DNA from: a virus
DNA length: 49,950 nucleotides
Reading direction: 5' to 3' (one strand)
Virus genome (UHGV): UHGV-0044897
Shown here piece after piece: positions 17,940-27,001 of the stretch. The first letter of the stretch is position 1. Every line of letters begins with the position of its first letter. A model generated the notes under the pieces. That model worked only from the letters and a program-made list of their open reading frames with translations. It did not search any database and was not told where the DNA came from. Made by a program: the position numbers and the translations under genes.

Positions 17940-18500
17940 TTACTCCTTATCCTCAGGGGCTTCGTTGCCCCAACAGTCCCAGCCTTTTGCATATTGCCGT
18001 GCAAACAGTTCTATTCTGTTTTGTTCCCCCAAAAGAGAGACAATACGTTCTCTTACTTCGGCGGGCTTTTCGCTATGTCTGCCGCGCGGAGCCAGTACAA
18101 TCTGCTTAACGCTTTTGCTTACGCGATGAGGCTGTCCTTTCGTGGCAAGTAAACAAAGTTCCGCATTCCCTTGCACCTAACGCCCAAGTCCTGCAAATAT
18201 GCCCCCGCTTTTCGGATTTTGTTTTACCCAACAGAAAGCACACGTCTTATATTTGAAACCCCATGCTTTTATGGTATCCAGTGCTTCTTGCAACTTCGGC
18301 ATCGTAGCCCACAGAAACAGCACGCTGTCTTTTGCGGCAAGATTATGTATCGGCAAATTTTTGATTTCGTCTTGGGTCATGCAGGGATAGGGCATCGCCC
18401 CCATCTTTGCATTGCCGCCGAGAGTATCCCGATACAACCACGGTGGGTCAGCATAGATAATGTCATACTTTTTGTCTGTGTTAAAAATGTCTACTTTCAT
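17940..18500 (-). pseudogene. MT-A70-family adenine methyltransferase with an in-frame TAG (18177-18179)
   Basis: ADPPW, LFLWAT, WGFKYKT, GLGR*VQGNAELCL, HSEKP, IELFAR, WGNE all in one frame. Confidence 0.88.
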
Positions 18501-18523
18501 GTTTATTTCTCCTTACATTATGC

Positions 18524-18552
18524 ATTATATCATATTATCAAAACGTTGTCAA
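18524..18552 (-). promoter_or_regulatory. sigmaA promoter for the MTase/PAPS operon
   Basis: TTGACA, 17 nt, TGaTATAAT. Confidence 0.85.
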
Positions 18553-18569
18553 GTAAATTTAATGACATT

Positions 18570-18779
18570 TTAGATTTTTATTTGATATTTTGCAAAAGTA
18601 ACAGCATCGCCATAACGGTTTTTAGTAGTAACGTTCTCATTTTCAATGATATACCCGTCCTTTCTAAGCAAATAAATATACGCCGACAAACGAGTACAGC
18701 CGTATTCCTTAATTGCTTCCCAGCTTGTAATACTTCCAAAATCTTGTAAGTGTTTAAGAATTCTCTCTTTCTGTGTCAT
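18570..18779 (-). CDS. winged-helix HTH protein
   Basis: MTQKERILKHLQDFGSITSWEA...GCTRLSAYIYLLRKDGY. Confidence 0.85.
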   Translation of the reverse strand: MTQKERILKHLQDFGSITSWEAIKEYGCTRLSAYIYLLRKDGYIIENENVTTKNRYGDAVTFAKYQIKI

Positions 18780-19350
18780 TGTTGTTTTCTCCTAAAAACT
18801 CTGAAAACCGTTCATAGGCTTTCTGCTTATTTTTGTTTTCTTTGCCTTTTATTTGGTAGGATAACGACTTGTCGAACCACGCCTTAATTTGTTTACGCGC
18901 ATCTTCATATCCCTGTTTTTTGCCATCATAATATCCTCGTGCAGGCTTGTTTTCACTAATGCCTGTTTTTTCACCATCTTGCCCGCCGGTCGTGCGGTTA
19001 TATGGGGAAAACCCATATTCTTTATGATATAGTGACAAAATATTTCGTTCCAACGTATCTAAATTTTCTCTACTACATTCTTTGTACCCCAACTTCCACC
19101 CGAAAGGAAATTTATTCTTATCGTAAAGCTTATGTTTTTTAAGAGACAAAGCGATGTGGTCATATTCTTGCAAATGTTGAACACAACGGTCGAGCATTTT
19201 TACGCTCTGCCCAACATAACAAAACTTGAACCCGTTTTCATCTATTCGATAGAACACATAAATTCCTGGGGTGTTAGGCAACCCCGGACAAACTTTTAAT
19301 ATCTCTTCCTTGTATCTTGCCTTTATAGCCATTATTTGCTTATAATTCAT
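18754..19350 (-). CDS. GIY-YIG endonuclease
   Basis: PGIYVF...CYVGQS...R...H...LE...YN; AGGAG RBS. Confidence 0.85.
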   Translation of the reverse strand: MNYKQIMAIKARYKEEILKVCPGLPNTPGIYVFYRIDENGFKFCYVGQSVKMLDRCVQHLQEYDHIALSLKKHKLYDKNKFPFGWKLGYKECSRENLDTLERNILSLYHKEYGFSPYNRTTGGQDGEKTGISENKPARGYYDGKKQGYEDARKQIKAWFDKSLSYQIKGKENKNKQKAYERFSEFLGENNNDTERENS

Positions 19351-19423
19351 AGTTTCTCCTAAAAAAATAGGCTCTGCAGAACTAAAAATCACGCACAGCC
19401 TTGTTGTCTTTTTTGTTTAATGT

Positions 19424-19834
19424 TTAGAACGGGAAATCGTCTTCCGTTACTGTCTTCTTTTCATCCACTGTTACTTTCGCCGTTGTTCTTTTCGCAGCCC
19501 CGCCATCTTCGTTATAACGGTCAAGCAACTCAAACTCATACACTTCATAGTTGTAAAATGTCGAATTATTGTTAGCAAACTTTACCGTATGTTTTCCTTT
19601 TGTGACATGTATTCTATCGCAATCTTTAAGACCTAATGCTATTAACTTATCATAGCGTTCGCCATTAAATAAAAGCTTACCGTGCCAATCCCTAACGTAC
19701 TTGTCACCACGACGGCTTGAAGATGACGCATTAACAACAGCTATCTTGCTCCCGTTTACAATTTTTTCCTGCACCACACTATCCGTATCCTTCACGTTCC
19801 ATACCGTGAAATTTCCATCAAACCAAAGTGCCAT
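19424..19834 (-). CDS. single-stranded DNA-binding protein
   Basis: Beta-rich body, acidic EDDFPF tail, located in the recombination module. Confidence 0.75.
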   Translation of the reverse strand: MALWFDGNFTVWNVKDTDSVVQEKIVNGSKIAVVNASSSSRRGDKYVRDWHGKLLFNGERYDKLIALGLKDCDRIHVTKGKHTVKFANNNSTFYNYEVYEFELLDRYNEDGGAAKRTTAKVTVDEKKTVTEDDFPF

Positions 19835-20312
19835 TTTGTTTTTTGCCTCCTACTTTAGCAATTTTTTTATTGTATATATCGGTAATAACCGTTAATACCT
19901 TTGTATTCCGAACCAATTGATAATATATTTTAGTTCCGTCTTTACGCACAAAACTTAAAATATCCACGCCTTCTGATACAGGCATACGTGTATCAAATTC
20001 CACTAATTCTTTAACTGTAAATTCAAAAGCTTTCAAATCTTTCCCTTGTATGTATTTGATTGCAAACTTGCTCACAGTCGCGTTTTCGGGCATTTTGCGC
20101 TTTTCAACAATAAAATCAGTTCGATTATGTTCCATAAGAAAGTTAAGTTTCTCGTTCATTTTTTCGGCTTCAATAACACGTTTTCGCAAAACTACAATTT
20201 CAGCTGCCATGTTTGCGTGATATTCATTATATGCTTTTTCTAAACGAACAAGCTTTAAGCCAGTATCGCCCAGAATTGCCACTAATTCATTATATGTTAA
20301 CTTCTTCCCCAT
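19818..20312 (-). CDS. hypothetical protein
   Basis: GGAGG RBS; operon context. Confidence 0.7.
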   Translation of the reverse strand: MGKKLTYNELVAILGDTGLKLVRLEKAYNEYHANMAAEIVVLRKRVIEAEKMNEKLNFLMEHNRTDFIVEKRKMPENATVSKFAIKYIQGKDLKAFEFTVKELVEFDTRMPVSEGVDILSFVRKDGTKIYYQLVRNTKVLTVITDIYNKKIAKVGGKKQNGTLV

Positions 20313-20315
20313 TTT

Positions 20316-20960
20316 TTAAGCCTCCCAATTTTTCAAACGTTCAAGATACTTGTCAAACTGACATTTAGGAGCCTTATCCAAATCAATGCAGTCGCATTCT
20401 ACCGCAATGGCTTTCAATTCAGCATTGGTTATCCCTGTTTGTTTTTGGATAGCAAGGATCTGCTTTCTGCGAATGTCTTTCAAAGACGGTGCAGGGGCAG
20501 GTTCAGCTTTTTCGGCAGTTGTATACTTTGTTTTATCGTTTTCCCAATAAACATCCGCGCCGATACCCAAATACTTGCACGCATTTCCTAACGCATCGGT
20601 TATCGCCATTTTATATGCCTCGTCGCTCGCATTGAACGTCTTTTTGCTAACGACATAACTGACCATTCTATTCCCGCCAACACCTGTAATCGGCTTACCC
20701 CATTCGTCCCCAAATTTTACATACAAATCAATTTCGGCAAATGCAAGACGTTCTCCGGTGCTAACTTCTTCTGTCCACAATCTTTTGATTTCATAGTACC
20801 ATCCAAAGCCACACGCACCAAATTCGCTTGTAAGCATTTTTACGCGCCACATGGTGTTTATATCCGTCCCCTTAAAACGTCCATTATCAAACGCTTTTAG
20901 GGCGTCTGACGGTACGGCACGGAACTTGTTATATAATTCAAGATTTTTGTTGTCTGCCAT
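20316..20960 (-). CDS. Rad52/Sak-like single-strand annealing protein
   Basis: DINTMWR...FGACGFGW...DEAYKMAITDAL...LGIGADVYW. Confidence 0.85.
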   Translation of the reverse strand: MADNKNLELYNKFRAVPSDALKAFDNGRFKGTDINTMWRVKMLTSEFGACGFGWYYEIKRLWTEEVSTGERLAFAEIDLYVKFGDEWGKPITGVGGNRMVSYVVSKKTFNASDEAYKMAITDALGNACKYLGIGADVYWENDKTKYTTAEKAEPAPAPSLKDIRRKQILAIQKQTGITNAELKAIAVECDCIDLDKAPKCQFDKYLERLKNWEA

Positions 20961-20970
20961 TTTTTATCCC

Positions 20971-21480
20971 TCACACAATTGTTATTTTATAATTTGTCGA
21001 ATATTCTGCCCCCGGCACTTCTTTCCCGGCTTTGAATGCTTTGTTTATGGCTGCCTTAGACAGCTTACGTTCTGTCACGCTTACAAAATACTCAGGGGGT
21101 ATCAATGTTTCGTCCACAACGTTGCAACGCTTTGTTTGTTTGACTTTCATTTCGATGTCTTCATCTACAAAGCCTTTATTATCGGTCGCATATAAAAGCC
21201 ATTTTTCCAACCCGTCAATTTGTTTTTTCAACGAAGTTTCTTTTGCTTCAATGCTTTTCTTTTTTTCCGTTGTATGGTCAAGTAGCGCCGTTAAGTTATC
21301 GACATACGCAATAACGCTTTTTATCTTTTCGTTTTTTTCTACTTGCAACGAATTAAGCCTTTCTTCCCAATTAAAAACTTCACCAGTCTCAATGTCAATG
21401 CCATTTCCTTCAGCCTTTATTGTAGCATCTTCGTCAAGTAATCTTTCTATATCAGAATTGATTTCGTAAAGTTTTCTCAT
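20971..21480 (-). CDS. siphovirus Gp157-family protein
   Basis: MRKLYEI...DIETGEV...IPPEY...KAGKEVPGA. Confidence 0.88.
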   Translation of the reverse strand: MRKLYEINSDIERLLDEDATIKAEGNGIDIETGEVFNWEERLNSLQVEKNEKIKSVIAYVDNLTALLDHTTEKKKSIEAKETSLKKQIDGLEKWLLYATDNKGFVDEDIEMKVKQTKRCNVVDETLIPPEYFVSVTERKLSKAAINKAFKAGKEVPGAEYSTNYKITIV

Positions 21481-21800
21481 ATTTCCACCTCTTCATACAA
21501 TTTCATTACACGTTCCAATTCCGCCCTTTGCTCTTCGGCTGTCTGCATATTTAAGTCGTATAAGAAATCGCGGTATTCATTGCGCGCTCGCTCAAGAATA
21601 TCTTCTGCCTCGTCCACAACACTTGCCAGTAAAACCATTCGCTCAAAGATATTTGTACGACGTTTTTTTTCATCATCTGCTGTACTCATAAGCCTACTAC
21701 ACAAATTATCATTTAACTGAGCATATCCGGCAGCCACAATAGACAAATGCGCTTGCGCTTTAAGAATATTATCAATCAGTCTATCACGCATAGTTTTCAT
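21477..21800 (-). CDS. hypothetical protein
   Basis: ATGA overlaps. Confidence 0.7.
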   Translation of the reverse strand: MKTMRDRLIDNILKAQAHLSIVAAGYAQLNDNLCSRLMSTADDEKKRRTNIFERMVLLASVVDEAEDILERARNEYRDFLYDLNMQTAEEQRAELERVMKLYEEVEI

Positions 21801-22132
21801 TCATCGTCCTCCGGTCTATAACCGCAAACAGGGCAAAAACGCTTATAGTGTTTTTCTGCGACACAATCTTCTCCATATGGTTGTAATTCAGAAACGCCTT
21901 GATATTCAAACGCCGAACCGCATTCAGGACATATATTGTCCTCTTCTAATTCGGCAATAAGTTTTTCCTTGTATTTTGCAATTGACTGGATAGCTCGATC
22001 CGGATGGTTTCGGATTTCATGTAATATATGGTCAAGGCTTAATACAACATCAACCTTATCTTGGTCGTCACAATCACCATATGCTTCCAACATGCTACAA
22101 AAGCAAACATCTGATAAATCTCTGTCTTTCAT
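21797..22132 (-). CDS. zinc-finger hypothetical protein
   Basis: CPECG...CPVCG. Confidence 0.7.
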   Translation of the reverse strand: MKDRDLSDVCFCSMLEAYGDCDDQDKVDVVLSLDHILHEIRNHPDRAIQSIAKYKEKLIAELEEDNICPECGSAFEYQGVSELQPYGEDCVAEKHYKRFCPVCGYRPEDDE

Positions 22133-22135
22133 AAT

Positions 22136-22306
22136 TTACTCCAATTTCATAATCACGATTTCGCCATTCCTTTCAACCGCAGCCAAAGTGTCATTTACCG
22201 TAAACCCTACACTTTCTACAATTTTTTTAGGAAGTCTGACAATATAGCTTGCTGTCTTAACTTTCCCCGTATCTTTATCGACACGTATCTGCACCGTCAT
22301 TTTCAT
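22136..22306 (-). CDS. AbrB/MazE/SpoVT-like DNA-binding protein, 56 aa (not in ORF track)
   Basis: MKMTVQIRVDKDTGKVKTASYIVRLPKKIVESVGFTVNDTLAAVERNGEIVIMKLE; AAGGAG RBS. Confidence 0.75.
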   Translation of the reverse strand: MKMTVQIRVDKDTGKVKTASYIVRLPKKIVESVGFTVNDTLAAVERNGEIVIMKLE

Positions 22307-22339
22307 AAGTTATCACGCTCCTTGTTCGTTTATGCCCCT

Positions 22340-22368
22340 ATTATAACACCGATTTCGTACGAAGTCAA
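22340..22368 (-). promoter_or_regulatory. leftward early promoter with palindrome TTCGTACGAA in the spacer
   Basis: TTGACT, 17 nt, TGtTATAAT. Confidence 0.8.
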
Positions 22369-22442
22369 GCGTTTTCGTAACATTTTGCAAAAAATATTTT
22401 TTATTTTGCGGAAATTATTTTTCAAAAACCCTCTTAAAACAC

Positions 22443-22471
22443 TTGACAACCTCTTTTTTATATGTTATAAT
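22443..22471 (+). promoter_or_regulatory. rightward sigmaA promoter facing an ORF-free region
   Basis: TTGACA, 17 nt, TGtTATAAT. Confidence 0.85.
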
Positions 22472-22476
22472 AGCCA

Positions 22477-22990
22477 CGAAATGTAGGGCTTCACCTACCG
22501 AGCAATATGTTTTGCCTCAAAGTATTGCCATTTCCTAACTACATATTTAGATGTCAAAGTTCTCGTATATGTTTCTGAGGCTCTCGAAAGAGAAAACATA
22601 TCGGGGGCTTTTTCTTATACTTTGACATTAAATCGCGAAAGTTGTCCTGCGTTAAAAGGTACAACGGGTGGCTCTGAGTTCATGCACGTGAAGAGCAACT
22701 GCAAAGTGGGGTAAACGCTACGATACCACAATAATCTCGACGGCGGGCTTGGTGAACTGAATTAAGATAGGCAGTGGAGCGCAGGGCAGTTCTTGTGCAA
22801 CGATACTGTGTGTAGCTGAAATGTTACACGTATGCGTGCATGACAAGGGCTTGTTGGGTAGAAACTTCAACGACGGACGATGAAGACGTCTTTATTCTCT
22901 TGTGTGTACTTGTCCCTCTTTTTGCAGGGATAGGTATGCACAAGAGCGTGAGTGAGTATGTTCTTAACTCTGAACGATGTATCATGTACT
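22477..22990 (+). ncRNA. putative large structured non-coding RNA
   Basis: Helices 22551-22560/22619-22628, 22641-22651/22780-22790 and a 21-bp stem 22897-22917/22926-22946 whose non-Watson-Crick pairs are all G-U. Confidence 0.6.
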
Positions 22991-23271
22991 AATAAACTAA
23001 GTACAGAGTATATAGAGTATAAGATTACTACTAAGCATATCGGTAATATAACATGTAATACTCGTATAATTACGAATAAATAAGCAATAGAAGAAGAAAT
23101 AGTTTACATATACTAAACAAATAGAGATAGTATACAAAGAAAAATAAAAAACACGTGTCCGAGGTAACAGATGGTAAGCAACGGACACAGATAGAAGTGG
23201 AACAGTTAGTTCGCTTATTAACTCTTAAAGACAGAGCTGCTTCATATGTTTTATTCATATTTATCCTTTAC

Positions 23272-23327
23272 AAGAGGGGTGACCCGTTCAGTTTTCGATG
23301 ATTTACTGGGCGGGTTGCTTCTTTTTT
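23272..23327 (+). terminator. intrinsic terminator
   Basis: GGGGTGACCCGTTCAGT...ACTGGGCGGGTTGCTT followed by a T-run. Confidence 0.7.
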
Positions 23328-23566
23328 AATGACAAAAACCTACGTATTGCAATAACAACAAATAAGCGTTCTTCCAAAGATATGCGATCTCGCTCTTAAA
23401 AAGTCAAAAATTAGCAATGCTTTCGTGAAATTTGCAAGTTCCGCAAATAATATCCATTCAGCATTGCGATATTAGTGCGAAATTTAAGCTGTGTTGCGTT
23501 TTATCGTTTTGGTAGGGTAAATTTACGTTTGAGAAACAACTCTCGTTAGAATTGAAATTTTAAGGC

Positions 23567-23603
23567 AAAAAAGACAGCCCAACTCGTGAGAGAAGAGCTG
23601 TCA
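23567..23603 (-). terminator. terminator of the accessory cluster
   Basis: Minus strand GACAGCTC...GGGCTGTC then TTTTTT. Confidence 0.7.
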
Positions 23604-23607
23604 AGCG

Positions 23608-23973
23608 TTAGACTATCCAAAACAGGTCGGCTTTTTCGCTACGGCAATCGAATATATCATAGAGGACACCATATTCGACCACGGTCAAATGCCCGTCCGT
23701 ACGGATAAGTATAACGTCTTCAGGGAAAAGTTCACCCAAGTCTGCAACAGAAAGGTTGGTCGCTACGCGCTGCTTTAAACCAAACACGTTGGTAAGCAAG
23801 TGATTGTAACAACACGCCGTAAGTTCGTCGCACTCAAAGAGATCGGCAATCAGTTCAAGCTTATGTTTAATAAGATTGTAATCTAATTTAGTGGCGCGAC
23901 TAATTGCGCGGCATACGCAATCGTTTTCAATATCGCCGACTGGGTTTGCGTTGTAAAAACGGTAGTCAATCAT
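23608..23973 (-). CDS. small papain-like Cys-peptidase-fold protein (putative)
   Basis: YNANP...NDCVCRAIS...GHLTVV...YDIFD; candidate Cys-His-Asp triad. Confidence 0.55.
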   Translation of the reverse strand: MIDYRFYNANPVGDIENDCVCRAISRATKLDYNLIKHKLELIADLFECDELTACCYNHLLTNVFGLKQRVATNLSVADLGELFPEDVILIRTDGHLTVVEYGVLYDIFDCRSEKADLFWIV

Positions 23974-24526
23974 CGCAACAGACAATTTCCTCGTAATAGA
24001 TGGCGAGTTTTTCCCCGCCGTCCATGTCGATGTCTTTGTCTTCAAGCCATGCTTTTGCCATTTTAGCATAAAGGTCAAGGTTGCCGGCGCCAAATACGAT
24101 TGAATAATCAGTGTATTGCATAAGCACGGCAGTATAGAAGTCCTCAAAAGTATAATCTTTGCCGAAGTCTATACCAATGTCGCGAGCCTTGCGCTCAATG
24201 CTTTCTTTGGTGAAAAGAGGTTTGTCTTGTTCGGGGACTTCGCGCAACAGTTCTTTTGCCCATTCCATTAAGTCGTCGTCGGACATGTATTCGTCTGCAA
24301 AGTCGCGTTTTGACCGATAGTCACGCGGATAACCGTAATCACGTTCACGCGGTTCGCGCATGTCATCATATCGCGACATGTCGGAGCGGTAATTCCGGTC
24401 ACGCATTTCCGTACGCGTGCGTCTGTCGTGTCTGCCGTCTATTGGATAATACATTTCGCCAGGGTATGCTCTATGGTCGGATACATAGCGCCCTGTTCTG
24501 CGAGAGCGATGTCTTCTGTCACGCAT
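23966..24526 (-). CDS. hypothetical protein with an R/D/Y-rich low-complexity N-terminus
   Basis: RDY repeats; C-terminal AKMAKAWLEDKD...KLAIYY. Confidence 0.8.
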   Translation of the reverse strand: MRDRRHRSRRTGRYVSDHRAYPGEMYYPIDGRHDRRTRTEMRDRNYRSDMSRYDDMREPRERDYGYPRDYRSKRDFADEYMSDDDLMEWAKELLREVPEQDKPLFTKESIERKARDIGIDFGKDYTFEDFYTAVLMQYTDYSIVFGAGNLDLYAKMAKAWLEDKDIDMDGGEKLAIYYEEIVCCDD

Positions 24527-24527
24527 G

Positions 24528-24971
24528 TCACACCACCTTGTCGATATTAACAACTACCGACGTATACGTTGCCCCAATGCCTGTGTTGACAAACGAGATC
24601 GCTTTTGCAAGGGTCGAAGACGTTCCAAGTATGCAAGTCTTATCGACCAAAACATACTCATCAATTACCATTGTGCGAAGTTCTGTGTTCGCCGTGGTAA
24701 TGGTTTCGCTCGCAATTGCTCCCGTTACCGCTTGTCCGTTGACAAACATTTGAGCCGTTGCAACACCTGCCACCGTTCCAGAAACAACAAACTTTGCAGT
24801 GATATGATAAATACCGTCGCCGTTGAGCGTTACTGCGTCGGAAGTTGTGGAAAAGTTAGGCAAGCCGTTGCAGGTCTTTTTGCAATATCTGCGATAAACA
24901 GACCCTAAGTCTATTGTTCCATCCGTAAGAGTGGTCTGTGTCGCATTGTTTCTTGTACCAAGTATAAGCAT
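24528..24971 (-). CDS. beta-sandwich protein (BclA-C/C1q-like)
   Basis: GGAGG RBS; GIYHITAKF; all-beta and Thr-rich. Confidence 0.6.
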   Translation of the reverse strand: MLILGTRNNATQTTLTDGTIDLGSVYRRYCKKTCNGLPNFSTTSDAVTLNGDGIYHITAKFVVSGTVAGVATAQMFVNGQAVTGAIASETITTANTELRTMVIDEYVLVDKTCILGTSSTLAKAISFVNTGIGATYTSVVVNIDKVV

Positions 24972-25034
24972 AATGCCTCCTATTAGGATATTTTATTATC
25001 CTCTCGTGCCGATAATTAGTCGGACTTTAATGTG

Positions 25035-25996
25035 TTAAAGAACAGAGCCGCAAGTTCCGGGAGTGCCACAAGCAGAGTAGCAGCAGTTAGGATTTGCTAC
25101 CTGATAAGACGGTATCGGACACGGTCTAAGTTGCGATATTAAGAACGTGTTCTGTTCCGTTTGGCTTGCTTTCAAGCGGAGTGCGTTGATTTCGTTCTGC
25201 TGAGCGGTAATCTGTGCGTTCTTGTCTTCAATGCGATTTGCAACAATTTCGTCATGAAGTGCGCGATAGTTTGCATTCTGACTATCAATCACATCACGGA
25301 AGCCCGTGCAAAGCGACTGCTGGATAGCATTGGTCTGCATTGCAATTGCATACTGCGTGTCTTTTATTGCACTCTGAGTTTTGCAACAACAGTCAGCAAG
25401 TTGCGAGCCTATGCCGTTTATAGCCGAACGAGTTTCATAGCCGCCCGTGGTAATTGCGTTGGTAACACCCGCAAAGCCGTTGAGCATACCGGTGTTCATA
25501 GCGTAGAAACCATCGCAAAGACCATTGTTCACATTGTCAAGTTTGCGCTCAATGCTGGCGAAGTCGCTCGTAAGAACATATCCATCCATTACGCCGCCGC
25601 CCTGGCTTCCACCGTAGCCATATCCGCCTCTGCCCCAACCAAAAATCAAAGCAAAGAGGATAATTGCCCCAAAAAATGTTATCGTAATGGCTTTTTATCC
25701 ACTACTTCTATAACTTATTGTTCGTTATAGCTCAGCATATCTTTTTAACTGCCAATAAACAGTTATCGAGGTCTCGTGGGCAGATTATATCTTTTCACTG
25801 CCTATGCGTTGCGCCTGACTATCTTTGATAGCCTTCGGGTCGGATTAGCATTCCAGCCTTCCCGTTCAATACCTCGATTATTCGATATAGGTCACCCTAT
25901 AAAGTGGCAAGCAATTTACCATCCATCTCCGTTCATAAACCCACCGTTGCAATTGTTGCCTGTGGTTACGGTAGGAACATCACCTTCGATATACAT
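25035..25996 (-). CDS. 237-aa Gly-rich/TM/coiled-coil protein; two exons (25996-25918, 25669-25035)
   Basis: GGAGG RBS and ATG 25996; the splice restores ...NGDGW-WAIILFALIFGWG...; LADCCC; Cys-rich tail. Confidence 0.85.
25670..25917 (-). mobile_element. ORF-less group I intron, 248 nt
   Basis: 5' exon ends in U paired with G in P1 (UGGU/GCCA); terminal omega-G; P3 AUCGAGGU/ACCUCGAU; P7 GCAUA/UAUGC; reading frame restored. Confidence 0.88.
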
Positions 25997-26075
25997 AAAA
26001 GTATACCTCCTTATTAAAAATTGATTTTATACAAACGTGCTACGTTAGACGTCATTCGCAACACGGTCATATACG

Positions 26076-26297
26076 CTAAAATTTAGCCCCTCGCTGGCGT
26101 AACATATTCAGCAAGGGTTGTATGTCTACCCCGCTCTGTTTCGCGTATTGTAGCACAAAATTCTGCGGTGTCATTCCACTGCTCTTCATTTGATTAAGCA
26201 TTGCCGCGTATTGTGGATTTTGTTGAGCCATTTGTTGAACGCTTTGCTGGATATTTCCACCGGAAAGGGCTTGCATAATAAACTGCATGGGATCCAT
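26076..26297 (-). CDS. Q/M-rich small protein
   Basis: MDPMQFIMQALSGGNIQQ...; GAGG RBS. Confidence 0.8.
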   Translation of the reverse strand: MDPMQFIMQALSGGNIQQSVQQMAQQNPQYAAMLNQMKSSGMTPQNFVLQYAKQSGVDIQPLLNMLRQRGAKF

Positions 26298-26301
26298 ATA
26301 C

Positions 26302-26436
26302 TTACCTCTTGGTTAATACCTTTTGGATAATAACGATGTCTGTTTTAAGTTTTTCAACAGTACGTTCTAATTCTTTTACTCGAACCAACAAATGTTTATC
26401 CACAGTTGGTTTTTCAGGCTTGTTTTGATTGTCCAT
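26302..26436 (-). CDS. 44-aa coiled-coil protein
   Basis: GGAGG RBS before ATG 26436. Confidence 0.65.
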   Translation of the reverse strand: MDNQNKPEKPTVDKHLLVRVKELERTVEKLKTDIVIIQKVLTKR

Positions 26437-26848
26437 TTGTGCCTCCGTTAAGTTTCGCAATGCACTCGGCAAGGCGTTTAATGTCTGCTTTGGTTGCATA
26501 TTCGGATAAATCTTCTTTGCGTACATAGTTGGGCTTTGGATCTTCGACTTCCGCATTTGCCGTAATCTCATCAAACTTATATCGCTTAAAAACAGGACGC
26601 CCGAGTTGGTCAAGAGATTTGATGTACATTACATTTTTGTTCGGGTCAAAAGCCAAAACTTGTCCGCCGACAGGCACGATATACGCACTAACTTCTTCTT
26701 CTGTCGCATATTGCAAAATGGTTGGTTGTAATGAATATGCTGGCTGTTGAGGTTGCTGTATGGGTGCTTGTTGCGCCGGTTGCATTCGTTGGTATTGTTG
26801 TGGTTGATAAGTCATATATGGAGCTTGACCATAATTATTGTTCCACAT
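26414..26848 (-). CDS. protein with a Q/P/Y-rich (prion-like) N-terminus
   Basis: MWNNNYGQAPYMTYQPQQYQ...MYIKSLDQLGRP; AAGGAGG RBS. Confidence 0.8.
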   Translation of the reverse strand: MWNNNYGQAPYMTYQPQQYQRMQPAQQAPIQQPQQPAYSLQPTILQYATEEEVSAYIVPVGGQVLAFDPNKNVMYIKSLDQLGRPVFKRYKFDEITANAEVEDPKPNYVRKEDLSEYATKADIKRLAECIAKLNGGTNGQSKQA

Positions 26849-27001
26849 TGTTGTTGTCCTCCTTGTCGACTAAAATACATACACACGAGCCGTAATCGTG
26901 AATAATGTTCTCTTTTGGGCAAATAATAAGTATCTTTGTTGCCAATTCCACCTTTATAAATTTGTCATCTGAAGTTTTCATCACTGCTACTATATAACAA
27001 T

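Noticed and set aside
18177..18179. Genome-wide TAG recoding (genetic code 15)
   Set aside because: Only one in-frame TAG seen, at a Trp position; TAG ends other genes (e.g. 12561, 39888); no suppressor tRNA
23171..23194. 7-codon mini-ORF MVSNGHR after GAGGT
   Set aside because: Too short to support; lies within a GTGTCCG/CGGACAC hairpin, more likely RNA structure
22997..23258. Short minus-strand ORFs in the AT-rich tract
   Set aside because: Low complexity, no RBS, downstream of a terminator
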